Shown here one piece after another: positions 52,721 to 62,471 of a stretch of 64,000 nt of DNA (positions are counted from its first letter, which is position 1; every line of letters starts with the position of its first letter). The stretch comes from Actinomycetota bacterium (GTDB taxonomy: Bacteria > Actinomycetota > UBA4738): NCBI GenBank assembly GCA_035573915.1, contig DATLZQ010000004.1, forward strand, positions 6,387 to 70,386. Reading direction: 5' to 3'. Under the pieces are notes generated by a model. It searched no databases, was not told where the DNA came from, and saw only the letters and a program-made list of their open reading frames with translations. The position numbers and the translations under genes were made by a program.

Positions 52721-53734
52721 GTGCCTGAGCCGCTGCTGGAGGTCCGGGACCTCAGGGTCCACTTCCCGACGGAGGACGGGCTGGTCAAGGCGGTGGACGG
52801 CGTGTCGTTCACCGTGGCCCCGGGCGAGGCCCTGGGCGTGGTGGGGGAATCGGGCTCCGGCAAGAGCGTCACGTTCCTCACGGTGATGGGGCTGATCACC
52901 CGGCGGGACGCCCGGATCTCCGGCCAGGTGCTGTTCCAGGGCCAGGACCTCCTCGCGCTGTCCGAGGAGGAGATGCGCCACATCCGGGGTGAGAAGATCA
53001 GCATGATCTTTCAGGACCCCCTCACCGCCCTCAACCCCGTCCACCGGGTGGGGAACCAGATCGCCGAGGTCTTCGAGGTCCATCGGGGCCTGTCCCGGAA
53101 GGAGGCCTTCGAGGAGGCCGTCCACCTCCTCCAGCTGGTGGGCATCCCCCGGCCCCGGGAGCGGGCCCGGCAGTACCCCCACGAGTTCTCCGGTGGGATG
53201 CGCCAGCGGGCCATGATCGCCATGGCCCTGGCCCTCAACCCCGACCTGCTCATCGCCGACGAGCCCACCACCGCGCTGGACGTGACGGTCCAGGCCCAGA
53301 TCCTGGACCTCATCGACCGGCTCAAGGAGGAGTTTGGGTCCGCTGTGGTCCTCATCACCCACGACCTGGGGGTGGTGGCGGAGCACTGCGAGAACATCAT
53401 GGTGATGTACGCGGGCAAGGTCGTGGAGTTCGGGGACCGCCGGGACATCTACTACGGGGCCCACCACCCCTACACCTGGGGCCTCCTCCGGTCCATCAGC
53501 CGGATCGACCAGCCCCGGGAAGAGCGGCTCCGGCCCATCCGCGGCCAGCCCCCCTCGCTCATCCGGGTGCCGTCCGGGTGCGCGTTCCACCCCCGCTGCC
53601 CCTACGCCATGCCGATCTGCCGGCTGGAGGTGCCGCCGCTCACCCCCGTGGACGGCCACCACGCCTCGGCCTGCCACCTCCCCACCGTGGAGAAGGAGCG
53701 CATCCTCCGAGAGGAGGTGCTGGTCCGGCAGTGA
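52721..53734 (+). CDS. peptide ABC transporter ATP-binding protein (DppD/OppD-like)
   Basis: [47 protein letters not shown]-terminal HPYTWGLL / GCAFHPRC oligopeptide-transporter domain. GTG at 52721 is preceded by GAGGGGG. Confidence 0.9.
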   Translation: MPEPLLEVRDLRVHFPTEDGLVKAVDGVSFTVAPGEALGVVGESGSGKSVTFLTVMGLITRRDARISGQVLFQGQDLLALSEEEMRHIRGEKISMIFQDPLTALNPVHRVGNQIAEVFEVHRGLSRKEAFEEAVHLLQLVGIPRPRERARQYPHEFSGGMRQRAMIAMALALNPDLLIADEPTTALDVTVQAQILDLIDRLKEEFGSAVVLITHDLGVVAEHCENIMVMYAGKVVEFGDRRDIYYGAHHPYTWGLLRSISRIDQPREERLRPIRGQPPSLIRVPSGCAFHPRCPYAMPICRLEVPPLTPVDGHHASACHLPTVEKERILREEVLVRQ

Positions 53735-54798
53735 GCGTGGAGGTCAATGGCAGGCCGCAGGCGAGGGCCCAGACGGGGCGGACTCCCCTCGTCAAGCTGG
53801 AGGGGGTGAAGAAGTGGTTCCCGCTCACCCGGGGGATCATCTTCCAGAAGACCATCGGCCACGTCCGGGCCGTGGACGGGGTCGACCTCGAGATCTACCC
53901 GGGCGAGACTCTCGGCCTGGTGGGGGAGACCGGGTGCGGCAAGTCCACTCTGGCCCGGCTCATCATCCGGCTGCTGGACGTGACCGAGGGCCGCATCTGG
54001 TTCGACGGGCAGGACATCACCCACCTCAAGGGGAAGGAGCTCCGGGCCCTCCGGCGGGACATGCAGATCATCTTCCAGGACCCCTACGCCTCCCTGAACC
54101 CCCGCAAGACCGTGGGCCAGATCATCGGGGAGCCCTTCCGCATCCATAAGACGGTGCCCAAGCACCGCATCGAGCACGAGGTCAAGCAGCTCATGGAGCT
54201 GGTGGGGCTCAACCCGGAGCACTACAACCGCTACCCGCACGCCTTCTCCGGGGGGCAGCGGCAGCGGATCGGGTTCGCCCGGGCCCTGGCGCTGCGGCCC
54301 CGGCTCATCGTGGCCGACGAGCCGGTGTCGGCCCTGGACGTCTCCATCCAGGCCCAGATCCTCAACCTCCTGGAGGACCTCCAGGAGGAGTTCAACCTGA
54401 CCTACCTGTTCATCGCCCACGACCTCTCGGTGGTGAAGCATGTCTCGGACCGGGTGGCCGTCATGTACCTGGGGAAGATCGTGGAGCTGGCCCCCGGGGA
54501 CACGCTGTACCGCAACCCCAAGCACCCCTACACCGGGGCCCTCATGTCGGCCGTCCCCATCCCCGACCCCGACCTGGCGGCCCAGAAAAAGCGGATCATC
54601 CTGGAGGGGGACGTGCCATCCCCTATCGACCCGCCCTCGGGGTGCCGGTTCCACCCCCGATGCTACCGGGCCCGGTTCCCGATCTGCCGCGAGCAGGAGC
54701 CGGAGCTCACCCCCCACCACCCGGGGCAGGTGGCGGCCTGTCACTTCCCCCTCGAGGACCGGGCGGTGATCGAGGAGGTCGCCGCCCCGGGGGCCTGA
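53731..54798 (+). CDS. peptide ABC transporter ATP-binding protein (DppF/OppF-like)
   Basis: [48 protein letters not shown] / [12 protein letters not shown] overlap with the preceding ATPase. Confidence 0.9.
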   Translation: MSVEVNGRPQARAQTGRTPLVKLEGVKKWFPLTRGIIFQKTIGHVRAVDGVDLEIYPGETLGLVGETGCGKSTLARLIIRLLDVTEGRIWFDGQDITHLKGKELRALRRDMQIIFQDPYASLNPRKTVGQIIGEPFRIHKTVPKHRIEHEVKQLMELVGLNPEHYNRYPHAFSGGQRQRIGFARALALRPRLIVADEPVSALDVSIQAQILNLLEDLQEEFNLTYLFIAHDLSVVKHVSDRVAVMYLGKIVELAPGDTLYRNPKHPYTGALMSAVPIPDPDLAAQKKRIILEGDVPSPIDPPSGCRFHPRCYRARFPICREQEPELTPHHPGQVAACHFPLEDRAVIEEVAAPGA

Positions 54799-54928
54799 CC
54801 CAGGCCAGGGCCGGCCGGGGCCTCGGGCTCTCGGCCGGACCGCCGGGGGCTCGCGCCGGCCGGGGCGTGCGGACTGGCTGCCCTGGCTGGCGGCGGCCGC
54901 AGGCCCGAGCCGGTATCATGGCTAGCGG

Positions 54929-55153
54929 ATGCTGAACGCCCTGGTCATCGCCGTCCACCTGCTGGCCTCGGTCCTGCTCATCCTGTTCATCCTGCTGCAC
55001 GCGGGCCGAGGGGGCGGGCTCTCGGACATGTTCGGGGGCGGGGGAGGGCTGTCCGGGGGCACCACCCTGGAGAGGAAGCTGGACCGGATCACGGTGGCCA
55101 CAGCCGTGGTCTTCGCCTTCACCACGTTCTGGCTGGCCTGGCGCTGGACGTGA
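54929..55153 (+). CDS. secG: preprotein translocase subunit SecG
   Basis: 74 aa with two TM segments flanking a Gly-rich loop (LLHAGRGGGLSDMFGGGGG). The position after tpiA is as in Actinomycetota. Confidence 0.85.
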   Translation: MLNALVIAVHLLASVLLILFILLHAGRGGGLSDMFGGGGGLSGGTTLERKLDRITVATAVVFAFTTFWLAWRWT

Positions 55154-55184
55154 CGGCCGGGCGAGGCGGCGGCCCGGCAGGCGG

Positions 55185-55190
55185 TACAAT
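55185..55190 (+). promoter_or_regulatory. candidate -10 box (TACAAT) for tRNA-Leu(GAG)
   Basis: TACAAT lies 24 nt upstream of the tRNA 5' end. Confidence 0.3.
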
Positions 55191-55214
55191 GGGTAGTGGC
55201 TCCCCAACGAGCAC

Positions 55215-55300
55215 GTCGGAGTGGCGGAACTAGGTAGACGCGCTAGGTTGAGGGCCTAGTGGGCGCATAGCCCGTGGGGGTTCAAATCCCCCCTCCGACA
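55215..55300 (+). tRNA. tRNA-Leu (anticodon GAG), class II with long variable arm
   Basis: Hand-folded. Acceptor GTCGGAG/CTCCGAC, anticodon stem CTAGG/CCTAG with loop TTGAGGG, variable arm TGGGCGCATAGCCCGT, T-arm GGGGG-TTCAAAT-CCCCC, discriminator A. Confidence 0.85.
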
Positions 55301-55394
55301 CCGGCTTCTACCAGCGGTTTTGCTGCGGAGGGCGGCCCCCCGGACTGCCCGGCCGGGGCCGATCTGCAACTTGTGGAACGGAATCTCGTGATGG

Positions 55395-56605
<1,211 letters not shown>

Positions 56606-56699
56606 AGTGCATCCTGCTCCCTAGCCGATATACTTCGTGACGGGCGATGGAGCGCCGCCCGGGTCGACGAAGACCCGAAATGCCTCTTCGGAGGCTGAT

Positions 56700-56732
56700 G
56701 GCTCCTGGCGAAAACCAGGGGCCGTTTGTTTT
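56700..56732 (+). terminator. intrinsic terminator-like hairpin with T-tract
   Basis: GGCTCCTGG (56700-56708), loop CGAAAA, CCAGGGGCC (56715-56723), followed by GTTTGTTTT. Confidence 0.55.
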
Positions 56733-57054
56733 GCCTCAGAGCAGGTGTGGCATGGGCTTGGCGCACGTCTTGGGCAGTCAGCCCTCGCTCGTTCCCAGCC
56801 CCGGATCCCGGAGCCGTTTTGGCGAGGCCCCGCCGCTCAGGTCCCCTCCTCTTCTTGTCCATTCAGCCATCACCATCTGCGTCACCAGAGAAGAGGAGGA
56901 ACGAAGATGACAGGCAACCAGCGGCTCGGCCGGTTCAGCGACGGCCAGCAGACGCTCCAAGACGGGCCCGAGCAGACGCCCCCTTGGCCCGCCAAGCGGC
57001 CGAGGCGGAGGAGTCGTGGGAGCTTGAGACGGTCAAGCCCTGACGAGGGGTGGC

Positions 57055-58833
57055 GTGCGGGTCCGGATGCGATCTCCCGGGCCGGCACGCATCACCCTGG
57101 TTGGCCGTCCGAGGAGATCACCCTACCTGGTCGCGTTCGTGTGGGTGGCGATGGCTCTGGCCGCGTCGCTCATCAGCATCAGGGTCGGCATCTCGGTTGC
57201 GCTGATCGAGATCCTGGTGGGAGCGCTCGTTGGGAACCTCCCCGGTGCCTCCCACTGGGTGCACCAGACGGCGTTCACCACGTTCCTCGCCAGCATCGGC
57301 TCCATCATGCTCACGTTCCTCGCCGGCGCCGAGATCGACCCGGTGTCGCTGAAGCGTCACTGGAAGGCGAGCCTGTCGATCGGGTTCGTCTCGTTCCTGC
57401 TCCCGTTCCTCGGGGCGTTGGGCTTCTGCTACTTCGTGTTGGGATGGAGTCTCCGCGCTGCCGAGATCGGCGGGGTCGCGCTCAGCACCACGTCGGTGGC
57501 CGTCGTGTATGCGGTCATGGTGGAGACCGGCCTCAACCGGGACGAGCTCGGCAAGCTGATCCTCGCGGCCTGCTTCGTCACTGACCTCGGGACCGTGTTG
57601 ATGCTCGGCGGGCTCTTCGCGAGCTTCGGAGGCCTGCTCGTCGTGTTCGTGGCGGTGAGCGCCGCCGTGCTCGCGCTGATGCCGGGGACCACCCGCTTCC
57701 TGATCGGGCGGTTCGGGCACCGGGTGAGCGAGCCGGAGATCAAGTTCCTGCTGATCGTCCTCCTGGGCCTCGGAGCCCTGGCCACCGCCGCCGGCAGCGA
57801 GGCGGTGCTGCCCGCCTACCTGGCCGGCCTGGTGATCGCCGGGCTCTTCCAGCACGACCGGATCCTCATCGACCGGCTGCGATCCATCGCGTTCGCTCTC
57901 TTGACGCCGTTCTTCTTCCTCCGCGCCGGCCTGCTGATCTCAGTGCCCGCGCTGATCTCGGGGGCGGGGATCATCGGCCTCCTCCTGGTGGTGAAGCTCG
58001 CGGCCAAGGGAGTGGGCGTCCTGCCGACCGCGCGGGCATTCGGCATCCCGGCGAGAGAGCGGAACTACCTCACCCTGCTCATGTCCACGGGATTGACGTT
58101 CGGCTCGATCGCGGCATTGTTCGGGCTGACGAACGGGTTCATCAGCCAGGTGCAGTACTCGGAGCTCGTGACGGTGGTGATCCTCTCTGCCTTCGTCCCG
58201 ACCCTGATCGCACAACAGCTGTTCCAGCCGACGGTCGTGGACCAAGAGGAAGAGGAGGCCCTCGGCGCGGAGGACATCTCGACGATCCGCGGAACACGGA
58301 TGATGGCTCCGGCGAAGCGGGGAGCCCTTTCACTGGAGAGCGACCGCGTGACGATGGATGAGCAGATCTCGGTTGAGCTTCGGACATCGGCGGTGGTCAG
58401 GCGGGGGGAGGAGATCCTGCTGATCCGCCACACGCGCGAGGGACGAAGCTACTGGGTCCTACCGGGCGGCCACCCGCACGCGAACGAGGTGGCGTCGGCG
58501 GCTGTGGAGCGGGGGATCCTCGAGGAGACGGGTCTGTGGGTCCAGCCCGGACCGGTCTTGTTCGTGTGGGAGGGGATCGCCCCCAACGGGCGGCGGCGGA
58601 TCATCGAGATCGTGTTCTCGGCCGAGCTGGTGGATCCCACTCGCGAACCGAGGACCGAGAGCGCGCTGGAGGAGCCCGCGTTCGTCCCCCTCCAGGACCT
58701 CGGGTCCCTCCCACTCTACCCCCCGGTGGCCGGGTACCTCCCGGGCGCACACCAGGAGGGGTTCCGGCGAGCCGCTCCATACCTTGGGAACCTATGGCGC
58801 TCGATGCGAGACCCCGAGGACCAGACCGAGTGA
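57055..58833 (+). CDS. cation:proton antiporter (CPA2/Na_H_exchanger family) fused to a C-terminal Nudix hydrolase domain
   Basis: A single uninterrupted 592-codon ORF. The first ~400 aa are polytopic with CPA2-like segments (ALIEILVGALVGN..., MLTFLAGAEID, LSTTSVAVVYAVM). An acidic linker follows, then a Nudix fold with box GGHPHANEVASAAVERGILEETG (58465-58533). The start is uncertain (57055, 57067 or 57151). Confidence 0.75.
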   Translation: MRVRMRSPGPARITLVGRPRRSPYLVAFVWVAMALAASLISIRVGISVALIEILVGALVGNLPGASHWVHQTAFTTFLASIGSIMLTFLAGAEIDPVSLKRHWKASLSIGFVSFLLPFLGALGFCYFVLGWSLRAAEIGGVALSTTSVAVVYAVMVETGLNRDELGKLILAACFVTDLGTVLMLGGLFASFGGLLVVFVAVSAAVLALMPGTTRFLIGRFGHRVSEPEIKFLLIVLLGLGALATAAGSEAVLPAYLAGLVIAGLFQHDRILIDRLRSIAFALLTPFFFLRAGLLISVPALISGAGIIGLLLVVKLAAKGVGVLPTARAFGIPARERNYLTLLMSTGLTFGSIAALFGLTNGFISQVQYSELVTVVILSAFVPTLIAQQLFQPTVVDQEEEEALGAEDISTIRGTRMMAPAKRGALSLESDRVTMDEQISVELRTSAVVRRGEEILLIRHTREGRSYWVLPGGHPHANEVASAAVERGILEETGLWVQPGPVLFVWEGIAPNGRRRIIEIVFSAELVDPTREPRTESALEEPAFVPLQDLGSLPLYPPVAGYLPGAHQEGFRRAAPYLGNLWRSMRDPEDQTE

Positions 58834-58855
58834 CGGCGAAGCAGCCTGGGACGAC

Positions 58856-59275
58856 TCACCGGGCCGGAGGCCCATGACCGCTGGTCGACTTGGTGGCGCC
58901 CTCCATTCCCGCACTTGCCGCGATAGCTGCGCTCTTCACGACGGCGCCCCCTCTTTCGGCCAGGTCGCGCACCACGGCGGCAGCCTCCTTCCCGCCGATC
59001 CGTCCCAGGGCCGTGACCGCCTCGGCGGCGAGATACGGGTCCCGGGGCTCCACGGCCAGCGTCGCCAGCCGTGGAACGGCCTTCCGTGACCCCATCAAAC
59101 CCAGGATCCGGGCGGCCATGACCCGGCGGTCCGTCAATCGGTGGTCGAGCGCGCGGATCAGCTTGTCCTCGTAGGTCGCCGCGTCCATCGGTCCCAGGAC
59201 CTCGCCGCACGCTGGGCAGCGCTCGGCGGCCGCATCCACCTCCTCGAAGCAGGCCGGGCAGAACCAGGTGGTCAC
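58856..59275 (-). CDS. zinc-ribbon plus HEAT-repeat protein
   Basis: N-terminal CPAC-x11-CPAC zinc ribbon, then HEAT/PBS-lyase-like repeats (RVMAARILGLMGSRKAVPRLATLA...YLAAEAVTALGRIGGKEA). Confidence 0.6.
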   Translation of the reverse strand: MTTWFCPACFEEVDAAAERCPACGEVLGPMDAATYEDKLIRALDHRLTDRRVMAARILGLMGSRKAVPRLATLAVEPRDPYLAAEAVTALGRIGGKEAAAVVRDLAERGGAVVKSAAIAASAGMEGATKSTSGHGPPAR

Positions 59276-59371
59276 CCCCGCATCGCTCCTATCGCTGGGG
59301 TTCCTTCGGGAGCGGGAGCTGGTCGACGAGCATCTCGATGCCTCGTGTCCTCGGGATGGCCTCGGCGGCGC

Positions 59372-59842
59372 TCACCGGTCCTTCGCTGGCTCTCGCGGGG
59401 GCGGGAGAGAGGGCTCCTGCACCAGGTGGAGGGCGTCCGTCTCCCATCGAACCGCGGCGATCGACCCGGTAGGAAGCGCGATCCCCCAGAGCCCGGCGCC
59501 TTCCACCCCCATGAGCATGGCCAGCACCAGGCGAAGGGGGACCTCATGGGACACCGCCGCCACGGCCTTCCCCGGGTGCCTGGTGGCGATGCGAGAGAGC
59601 TCCTCGAGCACCCTCCGCTTCACGTCGATCAGCGTCTCCCCGACCGGCAGACGGGCCCGCCACGGATCCTCCCGCAGGGTCCGATGCGCCTCCGGATCCA
59701 GCGCCCTGGCCTCGTCTCCCATGAGGCCCTCGAACCTCCCGTGGTCGAGGTCGATCAGCCCGGACGCCGTGGCCACGGGGACACGGCACCGATCGGCGAT
59801 GGCTTCGCCGGTCTGGACCGCCCGAGATGGTCGTCGGCTCAC
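59372..59842 (-). pseudogene. histidine phosphatase (phosphoglycerate-mutase-like) family, N-terminally truncated (no RHG catalytic motif)
   Basis: Aligns by eye to the family from the ...RA-QT-EAIA... segment onward (IDLDHGRFEGL, VAAVSHEVPLRLVLAML). The roughly 55 N-terminal residues carrying RHGE are absent. Confidence 0.6.
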
Positions 59843-60514
59843 TCATCGCGGCCCCACCGCCTGAACACCCCCAAGGTCCTCCGTCGGCGGGCCTCGCTGG
59901 ACTCGTATTCCGGACGCTGGTACGAGTCGACGGCGAGGGTCCGGGACCAGTCCACCCGAGGCTCCACATGGTCCGGGTCGACCCCCCGGGCCCGGAGCTC
60001 CTGCTCCAGGCGCCGCACCTCCGCCCGGAGACTCTTCGCCTCCTCCTTGAGCGGCGGAACGAGATCCTTGTCCAGCTCCAGGTGGCGCTGGTATGTTTAC
60101 TGCTTTGCCTCCCTGGCTCTTGCCGCTCGCCGGCGGCTGGTGGCGTAGTCGAACCGGTGCCAGGCAATCTCGGCCGCCCGCAAGGCAAAGTGTTTCCTTC
60201 GCTCCGCGAGGCGGTCGCTGGGGGAGACCTCCCTGGGAGCTGAATGCGGGGACCCCTGCTCGGGCGATCACCTGTCCTCGTCGCACGATCTCGCGGAGGA
60301 GCCATCCCTCTTCGGCCCCCGGGTCGGTGGTCACCCCGTCCAGCCGGGCCTCGGCCAAGAGGTCGAAGAGCCCCACGTAGACGAGGAACCGGACCTCCCG
60401 CTCGTCCTGGGGGAGACCCGAGGCGTCTGGAAGCGGGAGCGCTGCGGTCTCGTCCGGGACCCCCTCGAAGTCGAGATCCCGCTCGATCCCCTCGAAAGGG
60501 TCGGGCGTTTTCAC
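59839..60514 (-). pseudogene. disrupted ORF of unknown function, translationally coupled to the dynamin-like gene
   Basis: GTG 60514 overlaps the dynamin-like stop (GTGA) and reads VKTPDPFEGIERDLDFEGVPDE...FLVYVGLFDLLAEARLDG...WLLREIVRRGQVI. Plausible sequence continues in another frame (DRLAERRKHFALRAAEIAWHRFDY...REAKQ, TAA at 60097-60099, then TYQRHLELDKDLVPPLKEEAKSLRAEVRRLEQEL...), ending at TGA 59839-59841. Confidence 0.5.
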
Positions 60515-62157
60515 GCCGCCACCCCCTCTCTGGCGGCGTCCGCCTCCGCCATGACGGCCTCCAGGGCCTTCTCGATGTCCCGGAGTCGCTCCCGCGACTC
60601 CGCCAGGTGGGCCCGAAGGGCCAGGGACTCCCTCTCGGTCCTCTGCTGGTCCTCGAGCGCTCGGCGCACCCCGAGGCGGAGGCTCTCGATGGTCGCCTCG
60701 AGCCGTTCGTCGAGGGTCCGCTGGAGGGCCAGTCGGCTCCGGTCCAGGCGCTGTTGGAAGTCCCACCGGAGGCGTCCGGAGTGCTTGTCGAGGAGCAAGG
60801 GGATCCGCTCCCGGACCTCCTTGAGGAGCAGCTTCCGCGCCATCCTCTTCGGGAGGTAGCCCCGCACGTCCGGGAGGAGAGACTCGAGCAGGGTGGGGAC
60901 CTCGAAGAACGAGTAGGTGAACCGGGCCTCCGGGGCCAGCCCGGCCGCGGGAGGGGCCACCTGGAGCTTCACCTGCAGGACCTCGCCGACCAGGCGCACT
61001 GTCCGATCGACCAGCCGGTTGGTCTCCTCCACGAACCGGGCGGTGGCCTCGACGAACCGCTCGGCCACCCGTCGCTCCTCCTCCACCCGCCACCGGTCCA
61101 CGGCCCGACGGACGGCGTCCTCGACCCGGGTCCCCAGCTCGGCCGTGGTCCGTTTGAGGTCTTCGGCCTGGGCCAGCTCGGCCTCAATCTGCCCGAGCAG
61201 TGCGGCGGTGTCCCGGCTTCGGTGGGCGGCGAGGTCCCCCTCGAGCTCCTCGACGTCCAGGGAGTTCCGCTCGTCCACCAGGAGCTTGCGGGCCTGACTG
61301 GCCACCGAGGCTACGATGGCGGCCCCCTTCTCCGTGAGCAGGAAGGCCCGGAAGTCCCGCTCGAACCCCTCGAGGCCGGACGCCTCCACCGCCTCCCTCC
61401 GCCCGGCGGTCTTTCCCTCGAGGGCATGCCGGGCCGACACGGGGTAGACCCGGACCCTCTTGCCGAGGGCCCGCTCGAGCACCTGCTCGGTGAACGCGAT
61501 GGCCTCCTCCCGGTCCGGCTCGGACAGGTAGTCCACCTTGTTCAGGACGAAGAACATCCGGGCGGCCTCGGCCCGGACCTCCTCCAGGAACGATCGCTCC
61601 CCTTCGGAGATGGGAGGATCGGCTGACGTCAGGAAGATCGCGGCGTCGGCCTCGGGCAGGAAGGCCCGGGCCGCATCGGTGTTGTGACGGTACACGCTGC
61701 CCACCCCAGGGGTGTCCGCGAGGAACACCCCGTCGCGGAGGTCCTCGGCTGGGAAGTACAGGGCGGCTCGATCCACCCCCAGGCGGTTTCCCGGGTTGCC
61801 CCGCTCGGTGACGTACCGGGAGAGCTCCTCCGCCGGGACCTCCTTGGTCCGCCCGTCTCGGAAGAGGACCTCGGCCCTGACTTTCTCCGCAAAGCCAACG
61901 ATCGTGACGATCGAGGTGAGCGGCACCACGGCGGCCGGCAGGACCTCCGCGCCCAGCAGGGCGTTCACGAACGTGGTCTTGCGCCGCTTGGACTCGCCGG
62001 CCACGACTACGTTGAACCGCTCCTCGGCGAGCTTCTTCTCGAGGCCCCGGGCTGCCTCGGCGATCCGGGAGCTGGCGCGCTCGTCCGCCAGGGAGGCGAT
62101 CGCCCCCAGCGCCTCCTGGAGCCTGCTCTTCAGCGCCGCGCAGGTTCTCTCGCCCAT
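60511..62157 (-). CDS. bacterial dynamin-like GTPase (BDLP/LeoA/IniA-type)
   Basis: The start at ATG 62157 follows AGGAG. G1-like VVVAGESKRRKTTFVNALLG, G3 FLADTPGVGS, G4 FVLNKVDYL, then a long helical stalk with a hydrophobic patch (FTYSFFEVPTLLESLLP). The 80 upstream codons of ORF 60511..62397 are non-coding leader. Confidence 0.8.
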   Translation of the reverse strand: MGERTCAALKSRLQEALGAIASLADERASSRIAEAARGLEKKLAEERFNVVVAGESKRRKTTFVNALLGAEVLPAAVVPLTSIVTIVGFAEKVRAEVLFRDGRTKEVPAEELSRYVTERGNPGNRLGVDRAALYFPAEDLRDGVFLADTPGVGSVYRHNTDAARAFLPEADAAIFLTSADPPISEGERSFLEEVRAEAARMFFVLNKVDYLSEPDREEAIAFTEQVLERALGKRVRVYPVSARHALEGKTAGRREAVEASGLEGFERDFRAFLLTEKGAAIVASVASQARKLLVDERNSLDVEELEGDLAAHRSRDTAALLGQIEAELAQAEDLKRTTAELGTRVEDAVRRAVDRWRVEEERRVAERFVEATARFVEETNRLVDRTVRLVGEVLQVKLQVAPPAAGLAPEARFTYSFFEVPTLLESLLPDVRGYLPKRMARKLLLKEVRERIPLLLDKHSGRLRWDFQQRLDRSRLALQRTLDERLEATIESLRLGVRRALEDQQRTERESLALRAHLAESRERLRDIEKALEAVMAEADAAREGVAA

Positions 62158-62163
62158 CGAAAA

Positions 62164-62191
62164 AGCTCCTACCTGCTCATCGGTAGGAGCT
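62164..62191 (-). promoter_or_regulatory. SD-sequestering, terminator-like hairpin directly upstream of the dynamin-like start codon
   Basis: In the minus-sense RNA: AGCUCCUACC-GAUGAGCA-GGUAGGAGCU-UUUUCG-AUG. This is a perfect 10-bp stem whose 3' arm contains the GGAG SD and runs into a U5 tract. Confidence 0.6.
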
Positions 62192-62471
62192 ATCAGCCCC
62201 GGGCGGGGCGCTTTCGGCGAGCCCCATCGCCTGATCGCTGCGCCCCAGTATAACCTGCCTCCCGCCACGCCCGGCCGGTAGCGAGGTCTCGTTTCCGTTT
62301 CCGCACGTCGGGGCAGGGACGGCGCCCCTCGGTCCCCTCCGATACCGCGGAGACGAGCGTTCAGCCCCCCCAAAACCCGCCGCCCACGACCGGGCACCAG
62401 AGGCCAGCTAAACTCGGACAGACATAGGCGATGGGGCTCGCCGGACGCCCATGCGGCTGATAGCTCCTACC
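62182..62471. repeat. 290-bp element bounded by nested perfect inverted repeats (MITE/IS remnant or structured leader RNA)
   Basis: GGTAGGAGCTATCAGCC (62182-62198) is the exact reverse complement of 62455-62471. GGCGAGCCCCATCGCC (62216-62231) is the exact reverse complement of 62427-62442. Confidence 0.85.

Noticed and set aside
56907-57584. ORF starting at ATG 56907 behind a strong GAGGAGG Shine-Dalgarno, upstream of the antiporter
   Set aside because: After about 50 codons it overlaps the antiporter gene in another frame and turns into Arg/Gly/Pro-rich nonsense, with no stop until 57584. It could at most be a short leader peptide or a relic, and I cannot support it as a gene.
59839-59842. 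The 156-aa histidine-phosphatase-like ORF as an intact, translationally coupled gene
   Set aside because: A GTGA overlap with the upstream frame exists. However, the protein lacks the N-terminal RHG catalytic motif that defines the family and begins mid-domain, so it is treated as a truncation rather than a functional enzyme.
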